From Paramecium tetraurelia (lineage: Eukaryota): a stretch of DNA of 64,000 bases. The position numbers were made by a program, and so were the translations under genes. The stretch is from NCBI GenBank assembly GCA_000165425.1, contig CT868041.1:310001-374000 (forward strand), read 5' to 3'. Below, one piece after another: positions 1 through 15,257 of the stretch. The stretch's first letter is position 1; each line of letters starts with the position of its first letter. The notes below the pieces were generated by a model that had not been told where the DNA came from, made no database searches, and saw only the letters and a program-made list of their open reading frames with translations.

Positions 1-114
1 AAGCACAGTATTTTATAATGTTACCCAAATAAAGATATTTAGATATAGTAATATTACCTGATTTTGGACTATCAAAAATTACTATTTTTCATAAATAATA
101 TTATTAGATAATAC

Positions 115-1195
115 TCAATCAAATAGCTTTCTCGAACAAGGCTCAAAACATTTTTCAACCTCTTCCACATTCACTTCTTCAATAGTCCTAGGATTAAATT
201 TAGGCACATAGGACCTATCAACAAATAAGCTCTTTAAGCCTTCAACAAGATCAGGTCTTACAACAACTTTATCCAAAATCGATTATTCCATTTTTAGATT
301 ATCTTTAAGAGACAAGTTTAAATTTTTATTTCTCAAAAATGATTCATAGAAACCATAAACACTAAAAGCACTATTTTTTCTAATTAGAGCTGCTTATTGT
401 GGGAATTGTGCATCCATAGCAGACATAATGGAAGGCAAAGATGACAAACTCAATACATTTCCAAATTATTTAGGAACATTGAATTCAGTCTTATGTTTCT
501 TACAATACTTTTTAAGCAAGAACTCATTAATAGATTCTTTATCTCTCAATAAATGTGCATGTTCAAATTCCTTTTCAATTTCAGGTATGCATGAACTTTC
601 AATAAGATAGTCTGCAATACCTAAATGAGCCATTTTTATGCCATCAATTTATTCTCCACTCATACCTAAATATAAACCAAAGTTTTCTGGCATTTTACTA
701 AAATACAAACCACAACCTCCATCAGGTACTATACCAACTTTGCACTCTGGCATAGAAAAAATAGTATTCTCTGTTGCAATTCTGAAATGAGAATGAATCC
801 CAAAGCCAGCACCTATCCCCATAGCAAATCCATTCATAATTGTTACCAAAATACTCTTAGTAGAACTCATAGCATAAACTGCTTTTTTAGCTTCATCTCC
901 TAAATGACCAACTTTAGAAGTGCTAGGTTCATCATTTTTTCGTTGCGATATATTAAAGACATGTCTAATAATGTTTACTATAATACTTTAGATCTCCCCC
1001 AACAGAAAATGCTCTCCCATTCCCTTATAAAATAGTTACCACAGCATGTTCATTCCAAAGCTTGGTACTTTCAAGAATATCTTCACACATTTCAAGATGC
1101 ACAGCATTAAGCTTCTCGGGTCTATTAAAATGAGCAATTGCCAATCCATCTTTAATTTTACTTATTAGACCATTATTTTTGGCTATATGTCTCAT
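115..1195 (-). CDS. HIBCH: 3-hydroxyisobutyryl-CoA hydrolase (crotonase family)
   Basis: FNRPEKLNA, ILQGNGRAFSVGGDL (TAA=Q), MNGFAMGIGAG, FSMPECKVGIVPDGG; one 22-nt intron near 965-986; TGA at 115-117. Confidence 0.85.
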
Positions 1196-1855
1196 TTATA
1201 TAATAATAATTCTTTAGTCTGAAAATAAATAATATTAAATTATGAACTTGAATATATAACTCTCTATCAAGAGACAAAGGATATTGAAATGAATATATTA
1301 AGTTTGTTTCAAAGATAAAATTGTCTCGTATAAATTTATTACTATATTGATGCTTTTATTAGATCAATCAGAGGTCATATAATTTCAATTATGACAAAAT
1401 TATAAAATACATCTTTGAGATGAGATTGCTATAAAATAAGGAAAAATATAGTATGTTTTTGAGAATTGTGAAGTAAATTGATTAATTGCAAATGATTTAA
1501 TTTTCGTAATAGAAATATGAATCTCGCTAGATCTGAAAATAAAAGTTATAGTATTCTTTATAAAGAATTAGCTTTCAAGCACGATATGCCCAAACGTATT
1601 CAACGACTATTTGAACATAAACTGAAAAGTTTAATAAAAAATTTCTTTCCAGTTTATGTTCAAATTCAAACTTTAAGTCTTTATATTAATCTATTAATTA
1701 CTCTAGATCTGCTTAAAATAGAAAAAACTCATAAAAAATTTGAAAATACCTCTGAACAAAAGTAAAAAAATTTTAAGGAATTCATGAATATAATTATTTA
1801 AAACTCCTAATGAAAAAACCTTTAATGCTTGATATTCTTTATATGCTTATTTATA

Positions 1856-2198
1856 TTCAAATTAAATTGGAAGCCTCCGTTGATTGCTAATCCAAATCAT
1901 CTACGAATATCACTTTTTTGCTATTTTTCTATTATTTTTCAACCTTCACTCCCGATACTTTTATAATCTAAGCATTTTTTATTGTGTTTTCATAAGTTTA
2001 CTGTAGAATTTATAAATCCTCATGAGTCATGGTTTTTATTAATTCAGCATAACCAAACATTATCTTTTTTTTTATTCTCTCTTGTAATGTTCCAAACTGA
2101 TCTCTTCTATTTCCTTATTTTTTAAAAAAGCATAGTTTACAAATTCCAATCAATATGAATAGTGGTGCAATTAAAAAGAAATAGAGAGTAAATGACAT
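1856..2198 (-). CDS. small hypothetical protein with N-terminal hydrophobic helix (3' end uncertain)
   Basis: MSFTLYFFLIAPLFILIGICKLCFFKK then an open frame in the ciliate code. Confidence 0.4.
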
Positions 2199-2303
2199 AT
2201 CAATTCAAATACAATAATAATTATTTATGAATATTATTACATAGAATGAGATGACAAATATATTGAGATGTAATTGAATAAATATTTTAGATTTTAATTA
2301 TTT

Positions 2304-4431
2304 TCACTCATCAAAAAAATTTATTTTTTAATCATTCAAGGTTTTTGGTTTAGTTCTTAAATGAACTTTAGCATTTTTTTCATTTTCCTTTTCATCAATT
2401 TTAGGATGAGGTGAGACATTGCCACTTAACAATTTATCAGAAGCTCCAAAATCCTATTAATGTGCTTCTAAATATTTATGATGAGATTAAAGAGATTAAA
2501 TTTCGTAATACTTATCAAAAATCTATACCATAGCTGGTCCCATTAATTAGATTATCCTTGAATCTACAGGAAAATTGCTCTCTTTAAGTTTTACATAAGA
2601 ATTATAAATTTTCACCATCTTATTAGGTTAATGATAGTTTTTATTTCTAATCAATCTATTATATTTCGGATGATTCGATTTTTGTATCAATTGACTCGGT
2701 TCTCCTTCTGTATTTAATATTGCCTTTTGATTGTCTTCTATATTAATAATAGGTTTAGGAGTATAATTAAAAACCCTAATTTATTCTTTCTCCAATAGAG
2801 TTTATTTTAATTTTTCTATTTACTATAATTTCTACAAGATGTCTACAATATCTAAATCCTATTAAATAACAGTTTCACACTACTATAACAATTTTCTTGT
2901 CATTTATATCTTTTATATGCATGGACAACATAGTAACTAATAAAAAATAAAGTTGACTCCCAGTTTTAATTTATGTTGTTAATTACATATTTCATTAAAT
3001 AGATCTTTCAAGAAAGATTCTTTTATTTCGTATAAATTATTTTCTTACTTTTCTAATCGTTCTGAGTTTAATTAGGATTATTCTTGAATTATTGTATTTT
3101 TTTTTTCGTTTTATATATTTTGGCTTGATTGGTTTTTTATTGTGAATGCTTTAGTAATTTTACTCATTTGAACTACATGAATGGTGTGGCTTTTTAATTT
3201 TGTTACCATTTCATCAATTTTATTTATTTGCTTTTAAATGTAATTTAGGAGTTTGTCATATGAAAATTCAACTTTACCATTCTTATTTTCTGGTATATTA
3301 AATTAGTATAATTTATTTGCTAAAGATAGTTTGAGTCCCATAGAATTATATTGCAATGCGATGATTCCAAAAACGGAAGATATGATTTTTAACATACCTC
3401 CGAAATATGAAAGAAATTGATCCAAGGTATTGACTTTTTTCGTTGTTTATTTGAATTCTTAGCTTAATCTAAAGATAACAGAGAATAGAGATCCTGGAAT
3501 ATCATTAAATATTCTAGGATATGATAAAATAAACTTACTTTAATTTCTCTATAACTATAAATTGGGAATACCCAATAATCAATTATTTCATCATCACTAT
3601 AAAAACTAAATATGCTATTTTGATTGACTATTTTGTTTGATTCAAAAAAAATATCAGCTGTAGATTCAGCATCGAAGTTAGTGGCTAAAAAGAAATCAGA
3701 ATTCAAGTATTAATATAATGGGTAATCGGTTTAATTTGCCATGAAGATAGCTGATTAAATGATGGTGGAGAGAGATACCATAATTGAGGAATTCTTAGCC
3801 AATTCTAAAATTTCTGATTAGGAATAACAGTCCTCTGATTTACATAATGAGATGGATAATTTAGGAAATTACATAACATAAGAACTGTAAGTACCTTATA
3901 GCCATAATCGATAATCTGTTGGTAAACAAAGATACTAACTTAATTAATTTTCAATTTAGTGAAATTCTTCAAAATTTATAGAAGGAAAATGCTGAGGGGT
4001 GCAAGTTTCCAATGTATATGTTTTAGTGATATTCTTAGTTCTGGTCCCATTTTTTTAGGTTTCAATTTAAACTTAACTCATAGAGATGGAGAAGGGGTTT
4101 TTTTATATATTGGGAAACCTATCGATAAACGGATTGTCCACTTTAATGGCGAACATAAAGTTTTAATTATTCATTTCTTTTAGATCTGGATCCATATCTT
4201 ACAGTTATTAGACTTCAATCTTTAATAATTTTGGATAATTACAGTGTACGTATCTCTTTGAAAGACGCCAATTAAACCAGAGATGAGAATGTAAATCAAG
4301 ACGACTGTCATCATAAGAGATAGCACTCCACCGCAAACGCTTTTATACTCTTATTGTTTATTTATATTGAGATTAGGTGGAACTCCAAAATTGTCATAGC
4401 TTCTGATGGCCTTGTTTATTTTCTATAGCAT
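2304..4431 (-). CDS. ciliate two-transmembrane protein with large Cys-containing ectodomain
   Basis: YDNFGVPPNL..YKSVCGGVLSL-TM1, NFMFA, LETC, YLCLP, TLDQFLSYFGG-TM2, DIVDILQKLQQIEKLK..FNYTPKP; tiny introns. Confidence 0.75.
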
Positions 4432-4549
4432 TTCAATTCAAATATCTGTAAAAGTTATTAATATTATAATATAAAAAGGGCTAATCATACTCTAAAACGA
4501 GGTTTTAATTTGAATAGTTAAATAAATATATATACATATAAGTATTTAA

Positions 4550-5115
4550 ATGGCTGGAAACTTTTTTAAAGGGACGTCGACTGATCAGGATTCTCGATTT
4601 GGCGATAAGGAGCGTAAACTCATTATGAATAAACAATGGCCCGAAGTTTTCAATCGCAAGCTAAATATGAAAAATGTAGAAGTTCCTTATATTAACTAGA
4701 TTGATTTATCAGTGATAAAACCTTGGATTGAAAAAAAAATGATATAGTATATTGGAATAGAAGATGAAGTAGTTTAGCGATAAATAATTAATTACTTAGA
4801 ACAATAGAGCGAAGATATTAGAGGACCTGATCCGAAAGTTCTAAGCATTTAAATAATGGGATATTTTGAAAAAAATACACTGCCATTTATGACTGAACTA
4901 TGGAATTTATTGGTTGATGCAGAGGGACAAGATTCCGGAATTGTAAATTGATTAAATGTTATTTTGAGCCAAATTAATTGTTGGATAGTAAGAAATTGGA
5001 GTACGAGGAGAAGAAAAAGGAATTGCAAAGATTATTAGACAGACAGAAGTTGCTATATCAAGCCATTGAATATTCGGAGAAGACGAGAAAAAAAATAAAA
5101 TCAGAATAACAATGA
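4550..5115 (+). CDS. SRRM1: PWI-domain splicing factor (SRm160/SRRM1-like, no RS domain), 171 aa
   Basis: FFKGTSTDQDSRFGDKERKL, IKPWI, EDEVV, PDPK, FMTELWNLL; introns 4676-4699 and 4943-4968. Confidence 0.85.
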
Positions 5116-5274
5116 ATTTATAGTGTTAAAACATAATTATATATATATAGGATGATCCCTTTGATGGAGATTCTAAGCATTTTAATATAGGAGACAATAA
5201 TGATCATAATAGAGAATTCGCAATATGAAATGCAAAGTTAAATATATTATGAATGTGTACTATTGTAATTGATT

Positions 5275-5624
5275 TCAATCAAATAAGCCTCCCATATCAA
5301 CATCTTCTTCAGGTTCTGGGTCTTTTGGTTTTTCAGCTACCTTTGGAGCTTCAGCTGGCTTAGCAGCAGCTTAAGTTGTTTAAGCAGCTGGGGCTGAGCC
5401 TTATCCTCCTCCAACAGAGAGTAAACTGAGGATGTCTTTACCCTCGAAAGCTTTAACGAATGCGGCTGCCAATTATTTTGGAACATTCACTCCTGCCTGT
5501 AAATCATTTCGAATATGTGAAATACTTTTTTGGTCAATTTTTCAACATTATCAGCTGTTAATGGAGTATTTGAGCCTGCTAAAAGAAGTGCTGCATATGC
5601 TACTGCTTATGGTTATTGTGCCAT
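5275..5624 (-). CDS. RPLP1: 60S acidic ribosomal protein P1
   Basis: YAALLL, Ala-rich hinge, C-terminal EEDVDMGGLFD*; one 29-nt intron. Confidence 0.93.
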
Positions 5625-5769
5625 TATGATTATAATTATATTTTTAAATTAAAAGATTTCCTTGTTTAATTAAATGCAAACACTTCTTAAGTAAATAATA
5701 TGAAAACTCATGTATTAATGTCCATTTAAAGCCAAATGCAATCTTTATTGATGCACTACATTAATTTAT

Positions 5770-6760
5770 ATGCTTAGTAGTAATAGGCGCAACGGTATCC
5801 AAATAGCCTTGTCATTTGACGATGTTCTTCTGGTTTCCTAAAATTCAATATTGAAAGCAGAAATTATTTCATTTATGAAACTTACTGTAGTTAAAATATC
5901 AAGCTCAAAACCCAATTTGTATGTAGTCCTTTGGATACAATTACAGAAACTGAAATGGCAATTCGTATGGCAGCAAATGGTGGGTTAGGTATAATCCATA
6001 GATTTATAACAAAAAACTAAAAAGGTTAAAGATCAGAAGCTTATTTTAAAATAGACCATTTGTTGTTGGTCAAAGTTACACCCTCAAGAAAGTCTTTACC
6101 ATAGCAGAAGAATGGAAAAGTATGACATTTTTAGTCACTGATGATAATTTGCTTGAACAAATCAAGATATTGAGGAATCTGATGAAAATGGTTCTCCTCG
6201 TTATAAATCTATCTCTTTATTGAGAATTATTACAAACAGAGATTTTTATGAGTAACCTTTAACATAATTAAAGAAAGAATTGATGACTCCAAAACAAAGG
6301 CTTGTTACTCCTCACTATTTGGGTATCAGTTATGAGAAGGCAAGATAAAAGATGATATCTCATAAATTAGACAAACTACAATGGAAGATAACAAAAATAA
6401 TATTAGTTTAAAAGATTTAATTATGGATTCAATATTGAAAGTTCTCGATTAAATAGGTAGATTAATAATTGAAGGAGCTTTTGTTTCAAATGATGATGAA
6501 ATCACAAAAGCCAAGAAATTAATCAATTTTGGTTGTGATGTTATTGTTTGGATATTGATAATGGATATTCCTGATTGGCAACATTTACCCATTATTAATA
6601 TAGAAAGTAGCAATAGTGTTATCATAATTTAAAAGTGGAATCTACTGTTTTATGAGTTATTGTGGGCCTCTAATATTGCAGGGCTTTAGAAAAATATTTA
6701 ATTTATTTAGATGACAAATGAAGGCTTTGTAGAAGCTGTGGTGTACATGGAATTACAAAA
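5770..6760 (+). pseudogene. decayed IMP dehydrogenase / GMP reductase (CBS-containing) gene
   Basis: [41 protein letters not shown] fall in different frames; frameshifts, deletions, no catalytic GxGSICTT loop seen. Confidence 0.8.
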
Positions 6761-6880
6761 ATATGATTTGGAAATGTGTATTATATATAATAATATTGGT
6801 TAATTTTAGAATTTTAATAATTTGATATGATAAATATTCTATATTAAAAGTATAGACTTTGATGTATCATTGATGAATGT

Positions 6881-8597
6881 TCAAAAAATTAAGTTCAACG
6901 AATGCAAAATTTTCCTTATAAACTACATCCAAATATCATATCTCATTTTTGGAGTTTTCAATTTTGGTAATGGCAAAAATGTTGTTACCTTTTCATATAA
7001 TTTTTATGCTTTTCTAAATTTTTCCAGTCTACATGTTCTTTTAATCTGTTTATATTCTTCATTCTGCTTTTTCATATCTTCAGCAATAGTGGATAATCTC
7101 TTGATGATTACCATTTTGTTTTTTATTTTGAATTAATCTGTTTCAATCGAGAAAACAACTGGAGGTAGATATGTCACTTCTCCAATACCCCCAAAACAAA
7201 ATATATTAGTAGCAAATACACAACTGCAATGACTCCATCTTTTTGTCATTAAACCTTGTCTCTTGACTTAAATCCATTAATTTAAAATCAAGTTGAAAAT
7301 GACTATTTCACTTTAGTATTCTTAGATTGTTTATGATCTGCCTCCAATCAGAATCAAATTATCATTTAAACTTTCCATTGTATGATTGTATCTCCCTTAA
7401 GGAGCAACTCCAGTTCCTTAGACTCTCTCCCAACTTTACGGAGCTTATCCAGAGAAAACCAACCTCATCAAAGGGAAAGAACCCAAAGATTTAGTTTTGC
7501 CACCAAACAAATAAATTGTATCTACATTTCTCTTAAAATCAAAGGCTTCACAAATGGCATGCTAAGCTATTCCCTCATCAAAATATATCTTAGTTCCTAA
7601 CCATCTCCTTGAATCCAAAGAATACATAAGTGTGTCATTCAATAATTATTCACCAGAATCTAAGCCACCAGTTATAACCATATACTTTCCCAAATATAAA
7701 GCAGCCTTATGTTCTCTTCTGGGCTCTATTGATTCTAATGTTATTGACCATTGATTGGTTTGAGTATTAAAATAAGCTAGAGTCGAATAAACCTGCCGTA
7801 TTTTCATCTTGTGATCATAATATCCACTGCCTCCAAAGATTATCAGCAAATGTTTCCATGCTATCATAGAATGATTAGTAACTTTCAAACTGATGTCTGA
7901 TTAATGTAATTGCCACTCTTATTTTTCTAAATTCATAAATCTAAGTATTACTTATATCATAACACCATAAATCACTACTTAAACCTGCTCCACTCATTCC
8001 TCCAAAAACATAAACTTTATCCCTGATAACTGCTATTTGAGCTGATTCCCTCCTACTAGGAATTGCATATGAATAAGCATTTAAAGCTTCCTCAAAGAAA
8101 GCGATATTAGTTTCTGGTTTGTTTTTTGTCTAAGTTGGCATTTATTAAAGGTACATTAAATTTGAATAATCCTCTAAATTACTTCCCATTTATCTCTCGA
8201 GATTTCGGACAGTATATTGTTCTTTATTTGCTATTATTCTTTGATTACAATTAAATTTATTTCTCATATTGCTCATATCTCTCATTGTAATCGACATTTT
8301 AGTTTATTCTAGTTCCAAAAAACTTTGCTGAATAAATTCCAATTAGCATTTGTTCACTTAAAGTTTATCGCTTTATTTTTCAGGAGATTTACTAGAAGTA
8401 ACACATTTATTGAAATGCATTGATATATCTTCGAGAGTACTATTTTCAATAGAAGGCAACAATAATTTGTTCCTTCTAACAGAATTATCCCTTATTTTTT
8501 AGAGACTGTGATACTCATTTCTTTTCAATTTATTAAGAGAAACCTATTCGAAATAAGGGGAATAGTTAATGTCAGTTCTTTTAAAATCCTAATTCAT
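6881..8597 (-). CDS. Kelch-repeat protein (3' end approximate)
   Basis: repeated VYVFGG / IIFGG / VITGG / LYLFGG / IFCFGG blades; PRREHKA, RWSHCS. Confidence 0.75.
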
Positions 8598-8660
8598 AAA
8601 TTAAATTCATATATTTTATATGAAATATACAATAATATTGATTAAATTAATCACTAAGCT

Positions 8661-10033
<1,373 letters not shown>

Positions 10034-10058
10034 TTTTAATTAATTAAATATTAAATAC

Positions 10059-11307
<1,249 letters not shown>

Positions 11308-11467
11308 ATTTATATCGATTTATCGAGAATAACAATAAATAACTTTAAAATATACTTATGTTGATTACCAAACTATTAATTTTATAAGGAACTGTTTTTA
11401 ATTAAAAATTGTTGCTATTTTTAAATGATGAGAACTGTGTTTTTATAATTAATCTATATATCAGAAT

Positions 11468-12747
11468 TCATCTCACTTTGGATGACACCTTTGAGAATCC
11501 ATACAAATTTGTAGACTTTCTGGTTGTTCCAATGTTGCTTTTATCATTTTTAAAATAGTTTAATGTAATCGAGAAAGTTTTCTTTTCATTGGCTTTAGTA
11601 GTGCTTGAATTCAAAAAATCAAAAGCTGATAATCTTCCAGTACTATTTCTACAGCTATTAGCATTTTTTGTATTGATAGTTGGTTTTTCGAATGCATACA
11701 ATAATTCTTTAATATTAGTATACTGTACTTTAAGAGATATCAAATGAATTTTCGATAGTTTGCTTTTGTGCCTTAGAAGAGTCATCCTCTGGTTCATTGG
11801 TGGTTGGCTTGAAAGGTAGATTTAACAATTATGGTTTTTTGATCATAAATTTATTTAAAAAAAACAATAAATTACCGAAAGATAAGTTATAATAAAATTC
11901 ATTGTTAATATAGCATTTGTCTTAATCTTTAGATTTCTTCATTTTTTTGTCTTAGTTAATCTTGTGATTCTTATAATTCATCATTCAATAATAAATTATG
12001 TTCAATCAATAATTTATTTTCTCTTTTATAATTCTCCAGGATTATTTTAGTTTTCGCTAAAACCTTTTTCAGATCTTAAATTGTGAATGATTATTTCTTC
12101 TGCTGATGACCTTTCAATAGAAAAGCCAAGTTTTATGATTCTTTCATTTTTTAGTTTTATTTATTCATTTATTAAAGCTTTTCTGCCAATCTCTTTGTTT
12201 TGCACACAACATCTACGGACAAGATTATGAAATTTCATACCAATGAACTTGTCTTTAATAGGTTTTTTGTCGATTTCATCTGTCAACACACTTTGGCCAT
12301 CTGCTGTCTATGATCGGACTTAACTTGAATCATTTTTGTTTGGAAAGTAGGAATTGTTGGCCTTCTAATTTAAAATGCTATTCGAACTATTGATGGTTGT
12401 GAGATATGATTTCAATCCTTTGGAACTACGCATTAATAATAATTTATTACACTACCTCTTATCCAAGTTGAAATTATCGAGAGAAAATCTATGTACACCA
12501 ACTTCGTTTTTTTTATTTAAATAATGCAGGGAAGTAGATTATTGTAAAGGACTTCTAGCTTCATCCATTTAATGAGATCTTTTCCTCCCCTGACAATTCA
12601 AATATTTTTCATAGAGATTCAAAAAATTGTCCTATCGAAGTGGTGTTCTTTATTAGTAGGATTCTTTGTAAGAATATTTCGAAGCAGCTCTGCATTATCA
12701 AATTGAATTTACTTAGGGGTGTTTTGTTGGCTTACTTAAGTCTTCAT
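11468..12747 (-). CDS. hypothetical low-complexity protein
   Basis: long frame in the ciliate code from ATG 12747 to TGA 11468; no domain recognised. Confidence 0.6.
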
Positions 12748-12897
12748 TAAATAATGAAATTTATGAATTGTAAATCAAATAAATAAGCACATCATTTATT
12801 ACTATTATAAAAATATTGCAATATTCTTTTGTCAAAAATCTGTCGTGATTCGATTATATATTAATTAAAGTAACAATTAATTATACCATTATTATTG

Positions 12898-13605
12898 ATG
12901 GAAATAACTACATTAAAAGACTTGATCATCAAATAAATGCTTGATTTACAAAGTACAGTGTATAGTGGTACTTTATTTTACTGAAATAAGTAATCCCTAA
13001 ATTGCCCTCAATTAAGAGTTCCAACTATTAGGAAGGAGTATTAATTGGAAGAATATTGTTATAGGCGAATGAATAAATTTAGATAATAGTCCAAAAACTT
13101 ATAGATAATTAAAATACTATGCTTACTAGAAGTAAATTAAAAGGATCAAATATCCATAATAATTTAGAGCAAAACCCTCTAAAATAGATTCAATATGAAA
13201 ACCCTCCAAAATAGATTTAATATGAGTCTAATTAGAATAAAGAGAAAAAATTATCAATTAAAATAACTCCAGAACCTAATATAGACAGACCTTGTTGTTT
13301 ATGTTATGAAGGAAATGAAAACACATGCGGCAAAATTATTATTATACCAAATTCTCTTAGGAAATTATAGGCGCATTCCCAGTGCTTTAAAAATATAAAT
13401 AATCCAAAATAAATAGAATTTGATAAAGTATATTTATTATATAGAACATAAGTATATTAGATTAATTTATATTTAGGAATGTTCAATTTGTGAAAAATAA
13501 GGGGCATCATTTGCTTGTGAGAAATGTAATAGAAAATATCATTTTCCATGCTTTGTTGACTCTAACTAAGAAGGTATACTTTAATGCAATTGCTAAAAAT
13601 CTTGA
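12898..13605 (+). CDS. extended PHD-like zinc finger protein
   Basis: CCLC..HSQC..CSIC..GASFACEKCNRKYHFPC. Confidence 0.6.
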
Positions 13606-14352
13606 TTAACTATTATTAATGTTAGTATACTATTCTCATTATCAAAAAATTATCAAGCAGCAATTTTATATTCTTGTCTCTGTTATTGAGATTTCTTTTT
13701 TGAGACAATTTTATTAAATGATATAATCAATAAATACTCATATTAAATAAATAAGGATTATATCATAAATTCTTTCCTTTTAAAATTAATTTCTTCATAG
13801 GAAAAAAATAATATTTTCTTTCTACACATAGGATAATAGTATTATAAACTAAATAAGTGTATGATTATACAAAAATAATTGTGTTATAATCATAAAAAAG
13901 GACTAAAAAAATATTTATATGTTTTTGATATCCAATAAATAGATTTTATTAGTAAGAGATTAGACCAAAGTATATAGATTAGTATTATTTTATAAACAAC
14001 CTAAAACTAAATATAAAATATAGTAAGTGGAATTTATTTATTGAGGTTGCTATCTAAAGCTTAAGAAATCCACAATATACTAAAAATACTTTCATTATAG
14101 AAATCTAGAACTTAATTAAGTAGATTTAATAGGCATCAAAGCTTGATGAATGATCTGAAAGAATAACAAGATTTGATATTATCTCATAAATGACAAAAAT
14201 CGGATTTGATGAACAGTAATTTTACACACTTTTATATTTCTTTTATATTTCTTTATGACAATTTTATATTCTGCATTACACATTAAGTATAGTTTTAACT
14301 ACATTTGTGTTATTTTAAAATAAATAATATTGATTAGGCAATTAATTACGTA

Positions 14353-15225
14353 ATGCTTGACTTTTTACTTTCAGAAGAGGGAGAAGAGTAGTACAAAAGC
14401 GAGGTAGTTAATACTATCAGTAACATAATTGGATGGACATATTTCGTATGTTGGTCTGCTAGTTTTTACGGATAGTTGTATGAAAACTTCAAAGTGAAAA
14501 AGTATGTTGAATTGCAATTATTTAGTGTGAAAGGTATAGCCTTTGAATTTCTTGGCTTGAATTTGACTGGATTCCTGTTTTTAAGCGCGTATAGTTCTGC
14601 TGGATATTACAAAGGAGGAGATAATGGATGGCCATTTAGTGGTGATATAACAGTGCAAGATTTGTTTTTTGCATATCATGCAGTTGCTATAACACTCTTA
14701 ACCATTATCTAAACGGGTTATTACTATAAAAAAGGTGATAACAAAGGAGTAAGCTTATGGTGCATTGTTGTCCTAATTGTTCTTTGGTCTCAAACTATTT
14801 TTTACGTACTATTGACTTGGATATTTGATTGGCAAGTTATATTCTAACAAGAAAAATTAAATGTTTTATATTGGATGGGATATGAGAAACTCTTTATTTC
14901 CTTTATTAAATATGTGCCTTAAGTGTTTCTAAATTACAAAAGAAAGTCAACAGTTGGTTGGAGTATTTTCAATATCTTACTAGACTTTATGGGAGGATTC
15001 TTATCATTCTTATAAATGTTACTTGACTCGCTTAATGGAAGTAATGAATTAATATTAATTTTAGAGAGCGCCAATCTAGTAGATGTGAACATTGTTAAAT
15101 TTATTTTGAGTTGGATAGCCATGGGCTTTGATGGAATTTTCATGTTCTAACATTACATTCTCTATAATCCTAAGAAAAGAACCAGAGATGCTTTACTAGA
15201 TGAATATTCGATTCCAAAAAAATGA
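14353..15225 (+). CDS. CTNS: cystinosin-like PQ-loop lysosomal transporter
   Basis: [55 protein letters not shown]; introns 14502-14525 and 15041-15064. Confidence 0.9.
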
Positions 15226-15257
15226 ATAATCTAAATTATTTAAATTATTTATATTTT

